A stretch of 63,761 bases of DNA, counting the filler, from Licmophora abbreviata (lineage: Eukaryota): assembly GCA_900291995.1 (NCBI GenBank). It is 10 parts of 10 records of this genome, joined end to end, with 100 filler letters (N's around TTAATTAATTAA, not from the genome) between each part and the next. Parts side by side here need not be neighbours in the genome. Positions count along the whole stretch, not along the records: positions 25,761 to 37,438 come from OLMU01004469.1; positions 37,539 to 41,212 come from OLMU01004470.1; positions 41,313 to 56,806 come from OLMU01004471.1; 7 more parts are not named here. The stretch is one strand, 5' to 3'. Positions 34,491 to 47,420 of this stretch are shown piece after piece. Below the pieces are notes generated by a model, which saw only the letters and a list, made by a program, of their open reading frames with translations, ran no database searches and was not told where the DNA came from. A program made the position numbers and the translations under genes. Within the stretch, counting starts at the first letter, position 1; each line of letters opens with the position of its first letter.

Positions 34491-36050
34491 TCAAGGCCTA
34501 GCAGCTTCAATGATATCATTGGGGTCCTTGGCAGCGCTACCCATCAGAAGTGGCTCGGGCCACGCAGATCTTGCCAACCGAGTCATGTCTTGATCTGGGC
34601 TCTTGGGATGCACAATAAGTTTCCAGACGAGAGAATAGCGAGGGCGCTTGCCAGCTGGCTCATTCGGTGCTACCACAGTATGCGTTATGTCCTGGTCCAT
34701 GACGACGCATCTACCAGGGAGAGCCTGTACGTCATAATGTCTATCCGTGGCAACATCTACGAACCGGGTAGGTGCGCCCCAGGAAGAGTCCCAATGGTCG
34801 TTCAAGTACACGATGCAACTCATGAATCTAGGCTTCCCAAGACAACGGTTAGGATATCGTCCGAAAACGTCAGTCCATGGAGAGGGTGGCGTCAATTTCG
34901 GATCAGCATCAATATGATAATCAAAGGTGTCGCCGCCGGTCGGCGCATTGGCTGTCAATGGAGTTGCGTGTGAACCCATCACGGCCTCTGGTAGTCTACT
35001 GACGACAAAGTCAGAAAATAGTTCGGAGAGAATCATCTCAAACTCCTGCAAGGCATCGTGGTGCTCAAAACAGAGCTCGGCGACCCCGTCTTCCGTAAGT
35101 CCCCAGCTTGTCCCATCCGCACAAGTCGGCTCGCCCCCAGCGACGTCGTCAAGACCGCCACGAGCCCAGCGCTGAGGGTCAGGGCCGTCGTTCACGTCGT
35201 CCCAGGACTTTCGATCTTCTTGACTGTCCAGTGATCTTCCCAAGACAACGTCCAGAAGTCGTCCCCGCAAGTCGTCCGACACAAGGTCGTCGAAAATAGC
35301 ACAAGTGCTCGTGTCCCAGAATGTAGCCCCAGCTGTATCTGCCACGTAAGCCCCGTCGAGCTCGAAATGAATCGATGGTACAAACTTCTTGCTTTCAGAC
35401 GCAAGTCCCTTCCGAGATGGGAGCGGCATTCGCATTTCATACATATCGACTTCTTGCTGGATCAGAGCGGATAAGTAGCCTCGCATCTCCCGTATATCTT
35501 CATCGTCGTCACGAAGACAGACCAAGATTGGTTGTGAAAGATTGCCCTTGTGGGAAACTTCATCGAGCTCCATGGATATGGCATTCTTCAAGTCTTCGGC
35601 GTCCTCGTTGTTTAGAAGATTTTGTGTTTGCAATAGTATTACTCGACCGGTGGAGCCGGGAACAGCATTCGATGTATTAAGGTTGGAGATTGAGACAAAG
35701 GAGTCGTCCGATGGCTGGTATAACACCTCTTGATCCTGACAAGCGAAAGCGATGGCTTCTCGCACAGTACCGAGTTCCGAGTCTAGTATACCTGCCGCGG
35801 CTATGGGACGTAACGATGGCGTGGCATACAGAGCATGCGCAGCGACGTTCGAGCGGCGACAGCAACCAAACGTCGTCGATGAAAGATCATCACCTTGCCG
35901 ATCGTTTGGAACAATTGAGAATGGACTTGCTCTGACGCCCGAGGAGTGACTCACCAACCATGACTCCGTGGATCTCAGGGCACACAGCAGTAGCAGTAGA
36001 GGCGGCGCAATAAGCAGCCCCAGAGCATGGGGGTCAGTTCGAGCAGACAT
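34491..36050 (-). CDS. 2OG-Fe(II) oxygenase (P4H-like), probably with signal/plastid presequence
   Basis: HIDAD...IVYLN..W...GAPTRF...H.V...R.S motif set; hydrophobic N-terminus ending TES-W. Confidence 0.8.
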   Translation of the reverse strand: MSARTDPHALGLLIAPPLLLLLCALRSTESWLVSHSSGVRASPFSIVPNDRQGDDLSSTTFGCCRRSNVAAHALYATPSLRPIAAAGILDSELGTVREAIAFACQDQEVLYQPSDDSFVSISNLNTSNAVPGSTGRVILLQTQNLLNNEDAEDLKNAISMELDEVSHKGNLSQPILVCLRDDDEDIREMRGYLSALIQQEVDMYEMRMPLPSRKGLASESKKFVPSIHFELDGAYVADTAGATFWDTSTCAIFDDLVSDDLRGRLLDVVLGRSLDSQEDRKSWDDVNDGPDPQRWARGGLDDVAGGEPTCADGTSWGLTEDGVAELCFEHHDALQEFEMILSELFSDFVVSRLPEAVMGSHATPLTANAPTGGDTFDYHIDADPKLTPPSPWTDVFGRYPNRCLGKPRFMSCIVYLNDHWDSSWGAPTRFVDVATDRHYDVQALPGRCVVMDQDITHTVVAPNEPAGKRPRYSLVWKLIVHPKSPDQDMTRLARSAWPEPLLMGSAAKDPNDIIEAARP

Positions 36051-36401
36051 CGTCGAAAGTTCGAAAGTTTTGAGGTTGCCTGCACTGTCTTCGACCACGG
36101 ACTGACGACGGACTTTCAAACTTATTCTGTGGTTTTGAAATTTTCCCAGTTTTCGTCCAGAATCGATATCAAAAGTGAGATAAAATTGAATTTTCGGGGG
36201 TTTTGAACGATATTTCGACATTATTTCGAAGCTCCGTATCAAACGCCGGCGGTCACACGACAAGAAACACGACAATGGTTGGCGGTGGCGGAGTGCCACG
36301 GTGCCTTCTAGACTGCAATCACCTCTGAATTGATCTTGTGGATCCGGACTACACGAAGCAGTTCAAGTCTGTATTGTAGTAACAGAGCGCGATAAGCCAT
36401 C

Positions 36402-39400
36402 ATGTTTGAGAAAACTCTTTCCGACGTGGTCAAGGGCATTCGCGCCTCCAAGCGAGACACTGGTTTGTACATTTCGCAGTGCATCGCGGAAATCAAGACG
36501 GAGCTCAACTCTACTGACCTGTATGTCAAGGCAAATGCCCTTCAGAAGCTTACGTTTCTACAGATGATGGGATATGGAATGACCTGGGCTAGCTTTGCCA
36601 CCATTGAGGTCATGAGCAGGTACGTGTCCGGTGTCCGTCAGGATCGAGCCTGTGTCCTCAGTCCTCGTTGGCTTCGTGTCTATTCACGCTGGATCCATTC
36701 GTTCTCCTCTCTTTCCAGTCCCCGATTTGCTCATAAGCGAATCGGCTATCTGGCAGCCTGTCAGGGGTTCACTCAAGACACGGAAGTTATTCTCTTGACA
36801 ACCAATCTTCTCAAGAAAGAGCTCCGTGGGGCGACGTCGGGAAACATGCAGGGGGTTTACGAGGCCGGGTTGGCCATCAATTGCATCAGCAACATTGTCA
36901 CAGAAGATCTCGCTAGGGATCTCCTGCCGGAGCTCACCAACCTTACTTCTCATCCTCAACCGTATCTCCGGAAAAAGGCAGTACTCTGCCTCTTCAAGCT
37001 CTTTGTCAAGTATCCGCAAGGCCTTAGACTCACCTTTGATCGTATCGAGCAATGTCTCACCGACAGCAATCCATCAGTATGCAGCTGTGCTGTCAATGTC
37101 ATCACGGAACTCTCAGACAAGAATCCCAAAAACTACCTCCCGCTCGCTCCTGCATTCTTTTCTCTCCTCACGGGCTCTTCGAACAATTGGATGTTGATCA
37201 AGGTCGTCAAGCTCCTCGGCAGCTTGGTTCCCGAGGAGCCGCGATTGGCGAGAAAGTTACTGGAGCCACTGTCAGCGATGGTGCGGAATACACAAGCGAA
37301 GTCGCTCCTCTTTGAAGCTGTCCACACGCTTACGATATCTCTACCGTACTGTCGAAAGTCGGATGGTACCATGCCTGCAATCGTCCCCGAGATTGTGGAA
37401 CTCTGCGCAGTGACGCTGCGGGAGTTTGTCGAGGAGGANNNNNNNNNNNNNNNNNNNNNNNNNNNNNNNNNNNNNNNNNNNNTTAATTAATTAANNNNNN
37501 NNNNNNNNNNNNNNNNNNNNNNNNNNNNNNNNNNNNNNCCCCGAGATTGTGGAACTCTGCGCAGTGACGCTGCGGGAGTTTGTCGAGGAGGAGGACCAAA
37601 ACTTGAAATATCTCGGATTGGTTGGTTTTGGATCATTGACAGCTTCCCATCCCAAAGTTCTGAGTTCGTCAGAATACCGTCCGCTCCTCTTGGCGTGTCT
37701 CAGCGATGAGGATGTCACGATTCGAACGCGGGCGTTGGATTTGCTTCGATACATGGCATCACGCAAGAACTTGGTCGAACTTGTCATGCAATTATGGAAT
37801 CATGTCACGCTCGCATCTGGACAGTACAAGAATGATTTGGTCCTGAAGATTGTACAGATGTGTTCGGGCGACAAGTACGCTTTGCTAACGGATTTCGGTT
37901 GGTACTTCAATCTGTTGCTAGGGTTGGGGCATATGCGAGGCATTGAAGCCCACGCATCCCTGTTGAACCAGCAGCTGCTTGATGTGGCGCTGAGAGTTTT
38001 GCCTGTTCGCACATTTGCAGTGCGACGGTCCATGCAGGAGCTACTGGGGCGGTCCGCGAAGCCGGCTGGCACTGGTGGGACAACTGGTGACGTGGAAGAT
38101 AACGGGCGAGGAAAGCACATTATGCCGGAACTACTTCCCGGTCTTGCGTGGATTACGGGGGAGTATTCCAGTCTCATTCGAGAGGCACTGGAGGACGAGG
38201 ATGAGGACGAAGGCCCTTTCGAATTCGCCTACAGCAGCTCTTCTCGTGGCGCGTACCATTCATTGGTACAAGCTCTGTTGTCACCGTCCAACATCCGAGA
38301 TCTGCCCACTTCCACTCAAAGTATCAATGTGCAAGCTAGTATGAAGGTTTTTGCAGCGTCAACAGCTGATACCAAGGTTTCTGGGAAGGAGCTAGAGGCG
38401 TGCGTTGATACACTCAAGACGTATTTGCCTGTGTATATGGAGTCGACTGGTGTGGAAGTGCAGGAACGAGCTTTTACGTCGATGGAGCTGCTGCGTTCGC
38501 TTGATCTTTTGGGAGGCCTTTTTCTTGGTGGGACTCCTGCTTTGGCCCCAGTGCACGACGATGACAGCAGTGATGACGGGAACCTGCTAGGCCTGATGCA
38601 GAGCCCGGATCGGAAAGAAAGGGCAGCTGTTTCGTCATCGAAGAAATCCACGGTGTCCCCGTCCCTCGATATTCGATATAGAGATGCAGCACCGCTACTA
38701 AACTACCTTCTGAAACCTGAACCGATGAAACCGATGAGTGCGAAGGCCCAGCGAAAGAAGCGCCAGAATCCCATCGGGGTGGACCTAGCGTTTCTCGACG
38801 CCCCAGTCGATCTCTCCGTCTTTGCCTCTTTGATAGAAGAAGACCGGGGGCGTCGTCCTCCTGATGGCATCGTTAGCATGGAGTCAGTGAGTTTCACCCA
38901 GCAACGTCCGTTGCGTGTAACCGCCCCTCCAATAGATACCAGCGCAGCTTCGATGGAGATTTCTGGATTCGGGAGAGCCTCCGACGGACCTGGACCAACG
39001 AGCTTTCAGAGGTCTGGAATGCAAGAAGGTCTTGAAGAGACGAGTTTCCTTGCTCAGCAAAAACAGCGCCATCGGCACGATCCTTTCTATCTCGACTCTG
39101 GTGCACCCTCTGAGACAGAAAGTGCACCGTTGAGCCATCGCTTTGGAGCCATCCGCCTAGGGGACAGCGACGTAGAGAGCGAAGAACCAATGAAAAGAAA
39201 AAGAAAGAAGAAGAAGGCCAAGCGGCAAAAGGGTTCACAGCTGGGTTTCATCTCTGTCGATCCAGATAATGCACTCTTAGTAACGGAAACGAGCGCTTCT
39301 CGGTCTCGTCCTTGGGAACCTGCTATCGCTCCTGTTACCGTTTACTCAAGTGACGACGACGTCGAGAAGCGCTCATCAACACAGGGCAAGAAGAAGGGTC

Positions 39401-40533
39401 CAGGGAAAGAGTTTGCTGGATTGGCAAAAGTTGATCTGACCACACCACTTCGCGAGGATGAGGTCATGCCTACACGAGCACACCATGTTGTTCAGGAACG
39501 AACAGCGGAAGAGTCCCCCCAAAAGCACGGAAAGAAAAAGAAGAAGAAGGAGCTGAAGAAGACGAAGAAAGGTACGGACAAAAAAACCGTAGAAGGTGTG
39601 GGAGACCTTCTTGATCTTGGTTTCATGCCTGTCGCTGGCGTCTCCGCAGTGGCGGCTCCTACTGTACCTGCTCACTCAATCGCCGCACTCAACGAAGTTG
39701 TCGCCACTGGAAGGACCAGTACGATAAGCACAGCTTTTGATGATCTGCTTGGCCTGTCTACCCCTCCACCGCTTCAGCCCCAAAGCAACGAGCGCACTCG
39801 AATGCCGCTTGCTTCACCCGATCATGGGGAGAGACCATGGACGAAGGCGACGATAAAAGCATCCAGAGCTGGAGACCCAGTGGTTGTTGATTGGGCGAAA
39901 GTGTTATTGCTATTCAAAGTCCAGGGCGAAGCAAGTGGAACCTCGATATCGGCAACGTTGACCCTTCGTGTCGAAAACCAGACGGCGTCATCCATCTTGA
40001 GAAATGCAGTGGTTCACCTGACCGGCAGAGCAGGAATTCCGATTGGAAGTGTCGAGCCGGGCTCAATGTTAGAATGTGATTCCAAGGCAGGGCCGATCGC
40101 CTGCCAATCTCCAGATAGATCAATGGACGTTAAAGGATTCCTGACTGCGTCTGATTCAAAGGTTCCCATCAAGCTTACAATCCCTGCTTCTCTGTTTCTT
40201 GTTCCCTGGGCTGGGCTAACTCAAGACGATGTCATGGTGGAAATCGCGTCGTCTTCAACATGGTTTTCACATTCTGCAAAGGTTGACGTGTCAACAGTCA
40301 AAGATTCAGCAAAGGTGAAGCTTGCGCTTCTAACCTTTCTAAACGCTGCAGAGGTCGAGAGCGACTCTTTCAGCGACCCTCTTGTCGGTACATTGGCGTC
40401 GCAGTCGTCACGTGGGTCTAAGGTGCTTGCGTTGATGAAAGTTAAAGGGTCCACATGCAAAGTGGATATCAAAAGCACTGACGACCGACTCGGGAAGGCG
40501 CTCGCTTCCGATGTGAAGAGGGTTGTGATCTGA
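36402..40533 (+). CDS. AP3D1: AP-3 complex subunit delta; intron 36620-36718; interrupted by linker 37439-37538
   Basis: MFEKTLSDVVKGIR, KRIGYLAA, NNWMLIKVVKL, DQNLKYLGL, DEDVTIRTRALDLL. Confidence 0.95.
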
Positions 40534-40648
40534 ACGAATGGGTCGTATTATCTACATTTTATGTTAGGGAGATGTCCACGTCAAAAACTACCTATTTCTT
40601 AGCATGAAAGAATTCGCGATTTGTCTATGGGGCGATGGCGGGAGATCC

Positions 40649-42471
40649 CTATGAATTCTTTTCCTTCACTTTTTCGTTGGTGCGTCTCGGTGAAGTCGGC
40701 GTTCGTCGTCTTGTAGCATCCGCCGCAGGGCGGCGCAATGATACTACGCGACCTCTGTCAGACATGCTGGTTTGCTCCTCCAGAGATTGATCAGCCCTTT
40801 GCTTTTCATTCTTCTTTTCATGTGGACGCTCTGACTCAATGGACATGCGTGATGCCCGAGGCATCCTTGGCTGCCCGGAGTTTCCGGCACGACGATGTTC
40901 CGTCTGCCTCCGTTCCCTGGGAGTGGAGCGTGGCTTCACAGGCCTTCCCTTTCTACTCGTCCGAGCTCTTTCGCTTCTGCTTGGTATGAATGGACTGCCC
41001 CAGCCTCGGTCGAGCGTCCACAGCCACTCCTTGTAGAGTCGCAGGCGCCAGCTGCTTTCTTCTTTGACAACGTCAGCCCAGTCCTCGCCGAGGATTCTCA
41101 CTCTAAGCTCAGCTTCGCTTCTCAGAAGATCACGAAATGAGTCGATATCCACCCAGAGCGGACCTTTGGGTGGGGGTGGATCGTCCTCTTCGACACGCGG
41201 ACGTGTAGTGTCNNNNNNNNNNNNNNNNNNNNNNNNNNNNNNNNNNNNNNNNNNNNTTAATTAATTAANNNNNNNNNNNNNNNNNNNNNNNNNNNNNNNN
41301 NNNNNNNNNNNNTTCCTGTTTCGCATTTGCTATCACGAGCCTCGGTTTTTACAATACTTTCCCCACCATTAGTTGCAGGAGCTGTCAATTTCGCCACTTG
41401 CTTCTCTTTTGCGGCTTCGAGAATATTCGTAGCATCGCAACTTGGTACGATGCGAATATCATCAGACAATACTTCATACTGACTTTCCGATAGTTTCCAC
41501 TGTTGTGGAATACCACGGCTCGGCCTCCTGATTTTGTCGGAAAGTATGATCGCCAGCGCGTCCACCTGGAGATATGGAATCTCGTCTTCAGTGTATCCGA
41601 GTGTCGTCATCGCAGAGAGAGGGACCGCCCTGAGAGAGCCATTGTATAAATCTCTGTAAAGAACCGAATAGTCAGAACTCGCTTCTGTAGAATTACCAAT
41701 TTTCTCTGGGATAACCAGCAACGATTCCGGTGCAGCTTTCGTGCGGTTGCTGTCCGTGGATCCTTCAGTTATGGTGCTAGATGCTGCGGAGGATGGGGCG
41801 TCCTTTCCGGAAACAGATACGTCTCCTGAGAGAACGTCCGTCGTGACTCTTGTCGATGTCCCGACTGGCGGACCAGACGCTATTCGGGACTCTACCGCTC
41901 TCTTCACTTTGGAAGGGACAGGTTCTTTTTGTTGCAGAGACTGTATCAGCTGCGCTGGCTCTATAGTTCCTGAAGATTCAGAATTGAGATCTGTGCCGAC
42001 TGGACCGCCTTCTCTTTCACATGTTTTCCTTTTGTCAATTGATCCTACCGTTTTGTCTGACTCTGCGGAGTTCACAGCCCCTATACTAGTATTCGAATTG
42101 GATGAGTCAATCGTCAAGCCTTTCTCCCTTGGGGAGGTTGAGGAGGGATACTCGTTCCCGTCGACACTAATGATAGGACCGGGCGAGTTCAGAAGTGCAG
42201 CAGAATCCCCCATTCGGGCATCTTCGCCTAGAACATCCGCAATAAACTGCTCATACCAATCAGCATCTTGTTCAGCTACAGCCCTATGGAGATCCGACAG
42301 GTCGTCGCTGCTTCCAGAAAGACCCCAGCATGGAGCGCCATGGGAGCCTCGCGGTTTTCGAAGTGAAAGACCCGTGATGACAGTGAAGGCGCAGCACAGA
42401 TGAATCTCCTGAACGACAGCAACCACCCCAATGTGAACAAACACAGCCGTGATCGAAAGCCGTGTGATCAT
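40649..42471 (-). CDS. Hypothetical protein, probably plastid-targeted, split by linker 41213-41312
   Basis: Signal peptide ending CCA-F and low-complexity middle; a well-formed C-terminal block PPPKGPLWVDIDSFRDLLRSEAELR..W lies on the same strand across the gap. Confidence 0.65.
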
Positions 42472-42999
42472 CTGAATTTCATAGATTCATTCGAGGCACG
42501 AAGAAGGGAACGAGGGCTCAATTGCTCACTGACACTACACGCTCCTTTCTCCCTAGGCATCGCGGTGGGCAAGTTCAATTTCCGTGGTTGCGCTATGTTC
42601 CGGGGCAGATCGGAGACTACTACAAAAGAACGGTCTGTGCCCCAGCCGTAGCAATAGTTTTGGGTCCATTCGCGAATGCTCGAGACGCGGCCATCACTCT
42701 TGGACGGAAGACGGGGAGACGTGGAGATGAGCACAGCGTCCGATCAGGACCTCGTTTCTTGTATGATCCCTAGCCACTGGGCCCTTCACACCCTGGACCT
42801 CAACCTTGTCCGTGGTTTAAGTCACCACGTCCATCGAAATTTCGATCGCATCCTTTCTACTGGCTTGTCACCTTCTTCCCCTCGCGCTTCTCTGTCCGTG
42901 GCCCTTGCCCCTCCTTTTTGTGCTCCTTCGACCTGCCCCTGTGTGGTTGATTCGCGTCGTGTGATCCCTGGTTATCCATGGTCGTCGGTCCTAGGTTCC

Positions 43000-44340
43000 T
43001 TTCATCGCGCTTTGCTAGCTCATAATCATTACCTAGAGATATATAATATTACTCATATCCAAATTCTTTTTCACAGACGTGGGAAAGAGAGACTCCACCA
43101 TCTGTACCTATAAACGAGTCCACAAACGGGCCGACACCCCTCCTCAAGGAGAAGCCGGCAAAGAAACTTCCACTCGGGGATCAGCAGACAGATCAGCAGA
43201 GGGCCGCTCTTCACCAGTCAGGATGGGGAAGAGGTAGCTATGTCCACCCCGCCCGATGGTTTAGGATAAGTCCAGTGGAGAGGAGTACGGTCCAATGGAA
43301 AGCCTTTCCCTGATGCAGCCCCACGTAAGGACAGGCAGTCCCCCAGCCTCAGTAATACCTCCCAGTTCTCCAAAGAAATACTCGGAGGCCATGACCCGAA
43401 AGATGGGTAGAGCTGAATTTCCAGAGGTAGCTACAAACCCCTTTCTCCCCAGCCAGCGAAGCACGACGTCCCCCAGTGAACCATCAACTCGCTCCCTGGC
43501 CCTGTCTCCGGACGTGGCCACCCTCGCACAGGCGCTGGCACCCCTCGCTCTGGCCAGCTTGGCAGCCATGGTCAAGTTGTTCCTTGCCATCTAGGAAGGA
43601 CAGCATCACCTGTGCTGTGCTGTTTCGTATTTGCATGGCTATGTATGTGCCTACAGCTTGCATCCCCATCCAGTCTGTGCTCAAGGATGACACCCTTACA
43701 TGACTGTCCCTCCTCTTTTCTGTCAGCTTCAACTCAATTTAGTCTACGTTCCCCTTGAGAGGAGGTTTTCAGTGAGGTGTTGCTGCTATGTTCCGAGAGA
43801 TGTCAAAGGATATTTTTTGCAATCTAACAAGAAAGCCCTTAGGTTCCAATTTTAGGACATTCCTACACAGCTCGTCAATAATTGTGACATTCTCTCCTAT
43901 AGTGCTGGCTACCATGATGTCAGCCACTACCTCCACGTGCCTCGTGGGGTTAGCAAGAATCCGGATATCTGTGTTCAATGGCCTTGGAAAGTTTTGAAGT
44001 TGTTCCTTTCTTTGTTCATGCATGATGCCTTTATCAGAGGCTGGTTTATCTGGACCATTGACTTTGAGTGTCAACCAAGTAAGAATAAACCTGTTAATCA
44101 AAAGTCAGAATATGGACCCGCCGATACCCGAATATTTATGAACCCACCATCACCTGGGCAAGGGGCAGAGAGTAATCATAAAGTCTCACCCTCTTATAAA
44201 TAGGAAGCAACATGGTAGGAAGGTAGGGTGATCAGTTTCATTGCTTACATTTGGAGTTTCATCATATTTGTCTTCGTCACAATAAATTTGTATGAGTTGA
44301 CCTGAGATGAGAAAATGGTTGTTTCTTCACCATTCTTGCA
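43000..44340. pseudogene. CpG-poor degenerate segment, possible decayed transposon or pseudogene
   Basis: CG dinucleotides are visibly scarce. A + frame reads as coding-like but is interrupted by a stop (YVPRDVKGYFLQ..QF*DIPTQLV..). No family motif recognised. Confidence 0.35.
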
Positions 44341-45608
44341 GTGTACAGCCTTTTTCGCTGGTCTGCCTCTCATGGTCGGACCGAAGCGAAACTGATGATG
44401 GTTCTCGGCCTTCCAATGTGTAAGTGTAAATCAGTACCAGGTACAGAAATACGACGGGTGGCCTGTTCTTGCGTTTTATGGTCGCCATCTGGTAGAAATA
44501 TCAGTTTGACTCTCTTTTTTTATTATTTATACGGACGGACGATACAGATCCTGCGCTGGTAGGTTGTAAAAGTGGCTGATGTCATATTGGCAAGCTTCAA
44601 GGAATGTTTAGAGAATGTGAGAAATACTCATCAAGCTTGCATGGTGGGGCTTGATTGGGGAACATCTTTATTCTGCTGCTGACGAGCTTGTGCTGAGAGC
44701 ACGACAGAGGAAGCGACATGTCAGACGAGGTTATTCTCCGTGAATCTCTGGTCTGTGCAATAGATGCAACCTGGCCTAGCATCCTGAAAAGATCTTCTTG
44801 ATCCATCTTGGAGGATTTTTTTTCATACACAGTTGGTGGCTATGCTTTCCATCATATGCGCAGGTACAGCTCTCGAAGGTATAGAGCTCTACAGGCTTGT
44901 CGATGATAAGGCATTGCACGGAATTATTGATAACTTACCTTCGAAAATATGACGTCTCTCACTGTACCGTACTGGCTTAAAGCTGCTAAACACCGTCCTC
45001 GCGTGACTTCTTGCTGAGACCGTCGAGCCTTATCATACAGTTATATGGAGTCCTACCTGGTATGGCATACTTGTCAAAATCTGTCACGTCTTTGTCTTTC
45101 GTATGTGGTGTCGAGAGGATGCTCTGCGACGGTCGGGTTTCGTCGTTGGGGTGCGATTCCCGGCCCGGTAGCGTCTCCTCAACTGATGAGACCACAGCAT
45201 CTCTTTTCGAAGAAGAAACGGAGCTCGGCCCGTCAGCTTCATTGAATACTGTCGTACTCCCATGTGTACCGAGACTCCATCCACCCGAAAAGAGCGTCTA
45301 GACTCCTATCGCGAGGACAGGGTCGTAAGTGTGTCCCCACAGTCCCGATACTGAGGTGTTGGGTTACGGAACGTATGTGGGTCTTCTTGCCGCTTCTCTA
45401 CATAAAAATAAATAAATAGCCTCGTACTGTGCGGGTAAGCCCACCGGCAAGACGTACCTGATACGCCTTATCGTCACGGCTCAGGTAACCGGTACCCTGG
45501 TAGTCTAGTGTTAAAAAAGCATGGATAGACCCATCAATATCTACGGTACCTGGTACCCTTTAGCTAGGATCGATGCTGCTGTAACTGATGTACCACCGCC
45601 ACCAAATT

Positions 45609-46623
45609 TCACGCTGCCTTGTTCTCTCTCAATTTTTTTGCCTTCCCGTCCTCAGCACTCTCCTTGCTCTTAATTTCACTTTCTACGTGCCACCGAAACA
45701 TGGGATTGTGCTTGGTCTGCTCTAGCATACTATTGAATTCATCCGACTGAAGGCCATGCTTTTTCACAATTTCTTCTGCTTGAAGTGGAAAGGCTTCCGC
45801 AACTGCTCTTACTTTGGCGTTCAGAAAGGGCATTATGCTCGGATCTGTCAGACTGATACTCGATGGCAGTTTGTCCACACGCAGGGACTTCTTGAGTCGC
45901 TCCAGTTGGTCCGTACGAAGCTGTTCGATTTCCACCATGCTATCGCAGAACATTGCCACTCGCTTGGGCTTGTTTACTTTGAGTAGCTCCTCCGACTGCG
46001 GATCTTCAACCACGGGAATGCGCTCTAGTTTGAGTAGAGACGCCATACGATACAAATATGCTTGCTCCATTACCTGAGCGGAGAAGAAGCGGGTCACGAG
46101 AATGAATCGAGCATACTAGGATATGAGATCCACATGGACAGAGATAGAATTTCAGTTGACTCGACGCTCACAATCGACGCTGCCTCACGCCTTACCTTTT
46201 CTTTGAGAACTTCATCTTTGCTGGCGAGCCGTCCAAGCTGATTGAATTGATTCACTGTAAGTCCAAGCGCCCTGAGCACCTTGGCAGAGTTGTGGGCGTA
46301 TTCTGCCCCGATCCGTTTCTGTTCCTCTGTCTGGTCGTCTTTCTTCTTCCTTTTCCCCCAGCTGCGAGAAGCTCTTTGTCGCGAACACGCCGCAGCCCTT
46401 CTGTGGCAGCAAGACAAGCGGCATAGCGGTCGTACTGCGACTCGTCCTGGGAGAACAAAGTTGGCATACGAGTGTCTTGGTCATCCCTGACGGCCCCGCC
46501 GCGAGACGGAGAGGTCGCGAGCGACCAAGATCCGCTTCGGCCTGGCAAGGCGGTTGCGATGGTTTCGGTTGCGAGAAAGCTCAGACATGCGAGTGCAGCG
46601 ATACGGACGCCTGTCATCTTCAA
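45609..46623 (-). CDS. DUF4168-like protein with signal peptide; frame break near 46355; intron 46195-46074
   Basis: Two DUF4168-like helical units (LRALGLTVNQFNQLG; IVKKHGLQSDEFNSML). The N-terminal ORF and the downstream ORF are offset by -1. Confidence 0.65.
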
Positions 46624-47067
46624 GTCAACGGAGAAGGAAGAAGAGTAGGCGGGGGTATCAGATGATTGGCAGAACCGAGACGGAAAGCAGGGTCCGGACG
46701 TCGTACCGGTAGTGTGGAGTTGAATGTTAGTCGAGTCAAGTCCAACATGGCAGGTGTGGCGGGCGCTGTGTGAGAAAGCTCACTGAGGAATCAGTACCTT
46801 TCCTACGCGAGGATCACGTTCGTGAGAGATGCGGAGGGAACAATCGAAAAAGTCGAATGAGTCGAGTCGAGTCGATCCAATCGTCTAGACGGATGACGAC
46901 GGACAGATTTCAGATTGGAAAGTCAATGGCGACCACTCACTTCGCGCGTGGCGTCGACTGCACCTTTTCCCTCACCGGTCACCGCTCGTTGACGCGCTCA
47001 TTGATGCTTGTCTTCCCCTCGAACCTCCATTCCCTCTTGTGCTGTCCTTGTTGCTATCATACGAATC

Positions 47068-47420
47068 ATGGCTGGCGGTGAAATAGAAATCAATTCCTCT
47101 CTGGACTACGTGATCATAACTCTCAAGGTAAGAATCGCCGTCTGCTGAAGCGCTGAAGGTTGCAGGTGCTCCCTGTTACGACCTTCGCACTCATACTAGA
47201 AGGAGTATTGGCTCATCTGCGAAAGAGGCCAAGACAACACCAAAAATCATACTCACCCATCTGAATGTCCAACGTCTCTCCGTCGAGACAGCTGCTCTTT
47301 GCCGTGTCGCCTCTTATTGCTCTGGGGTACGTATTGCTTTCGGCGTTCGAGTCAGAAGAAGCCGAGAAGCTCAAGCGAAAGAAAAAGACGGACTTTGAGC
47401 TAGATGGGCATGCTGAGTAG
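47068..47420 (+). CDS. Small (62 aa) single-pass membrane protein; exons 47068-47127, 47292-47420
   Basis: AATCATGG start and AAG|GTAAGA..GACAG|CTG intron give MAGGEIEINSSLDYVIITLKLLFAVSPLIALGYVLLSAFESEEAEKLKRKKKTDFELDGHAE*. Confidence 0.65.

Noticed and set aside
42776..44342. CACTG...CAGTG as CACTA-type termini around the CpG-poor region
   Set aside because: Only 5 bp match, with no extended TIR and no target-site duplication.
44986..45298. About 100-codon minus-strand frame
   Set aside because: No ATG start, no motif and no clear upstream exon.
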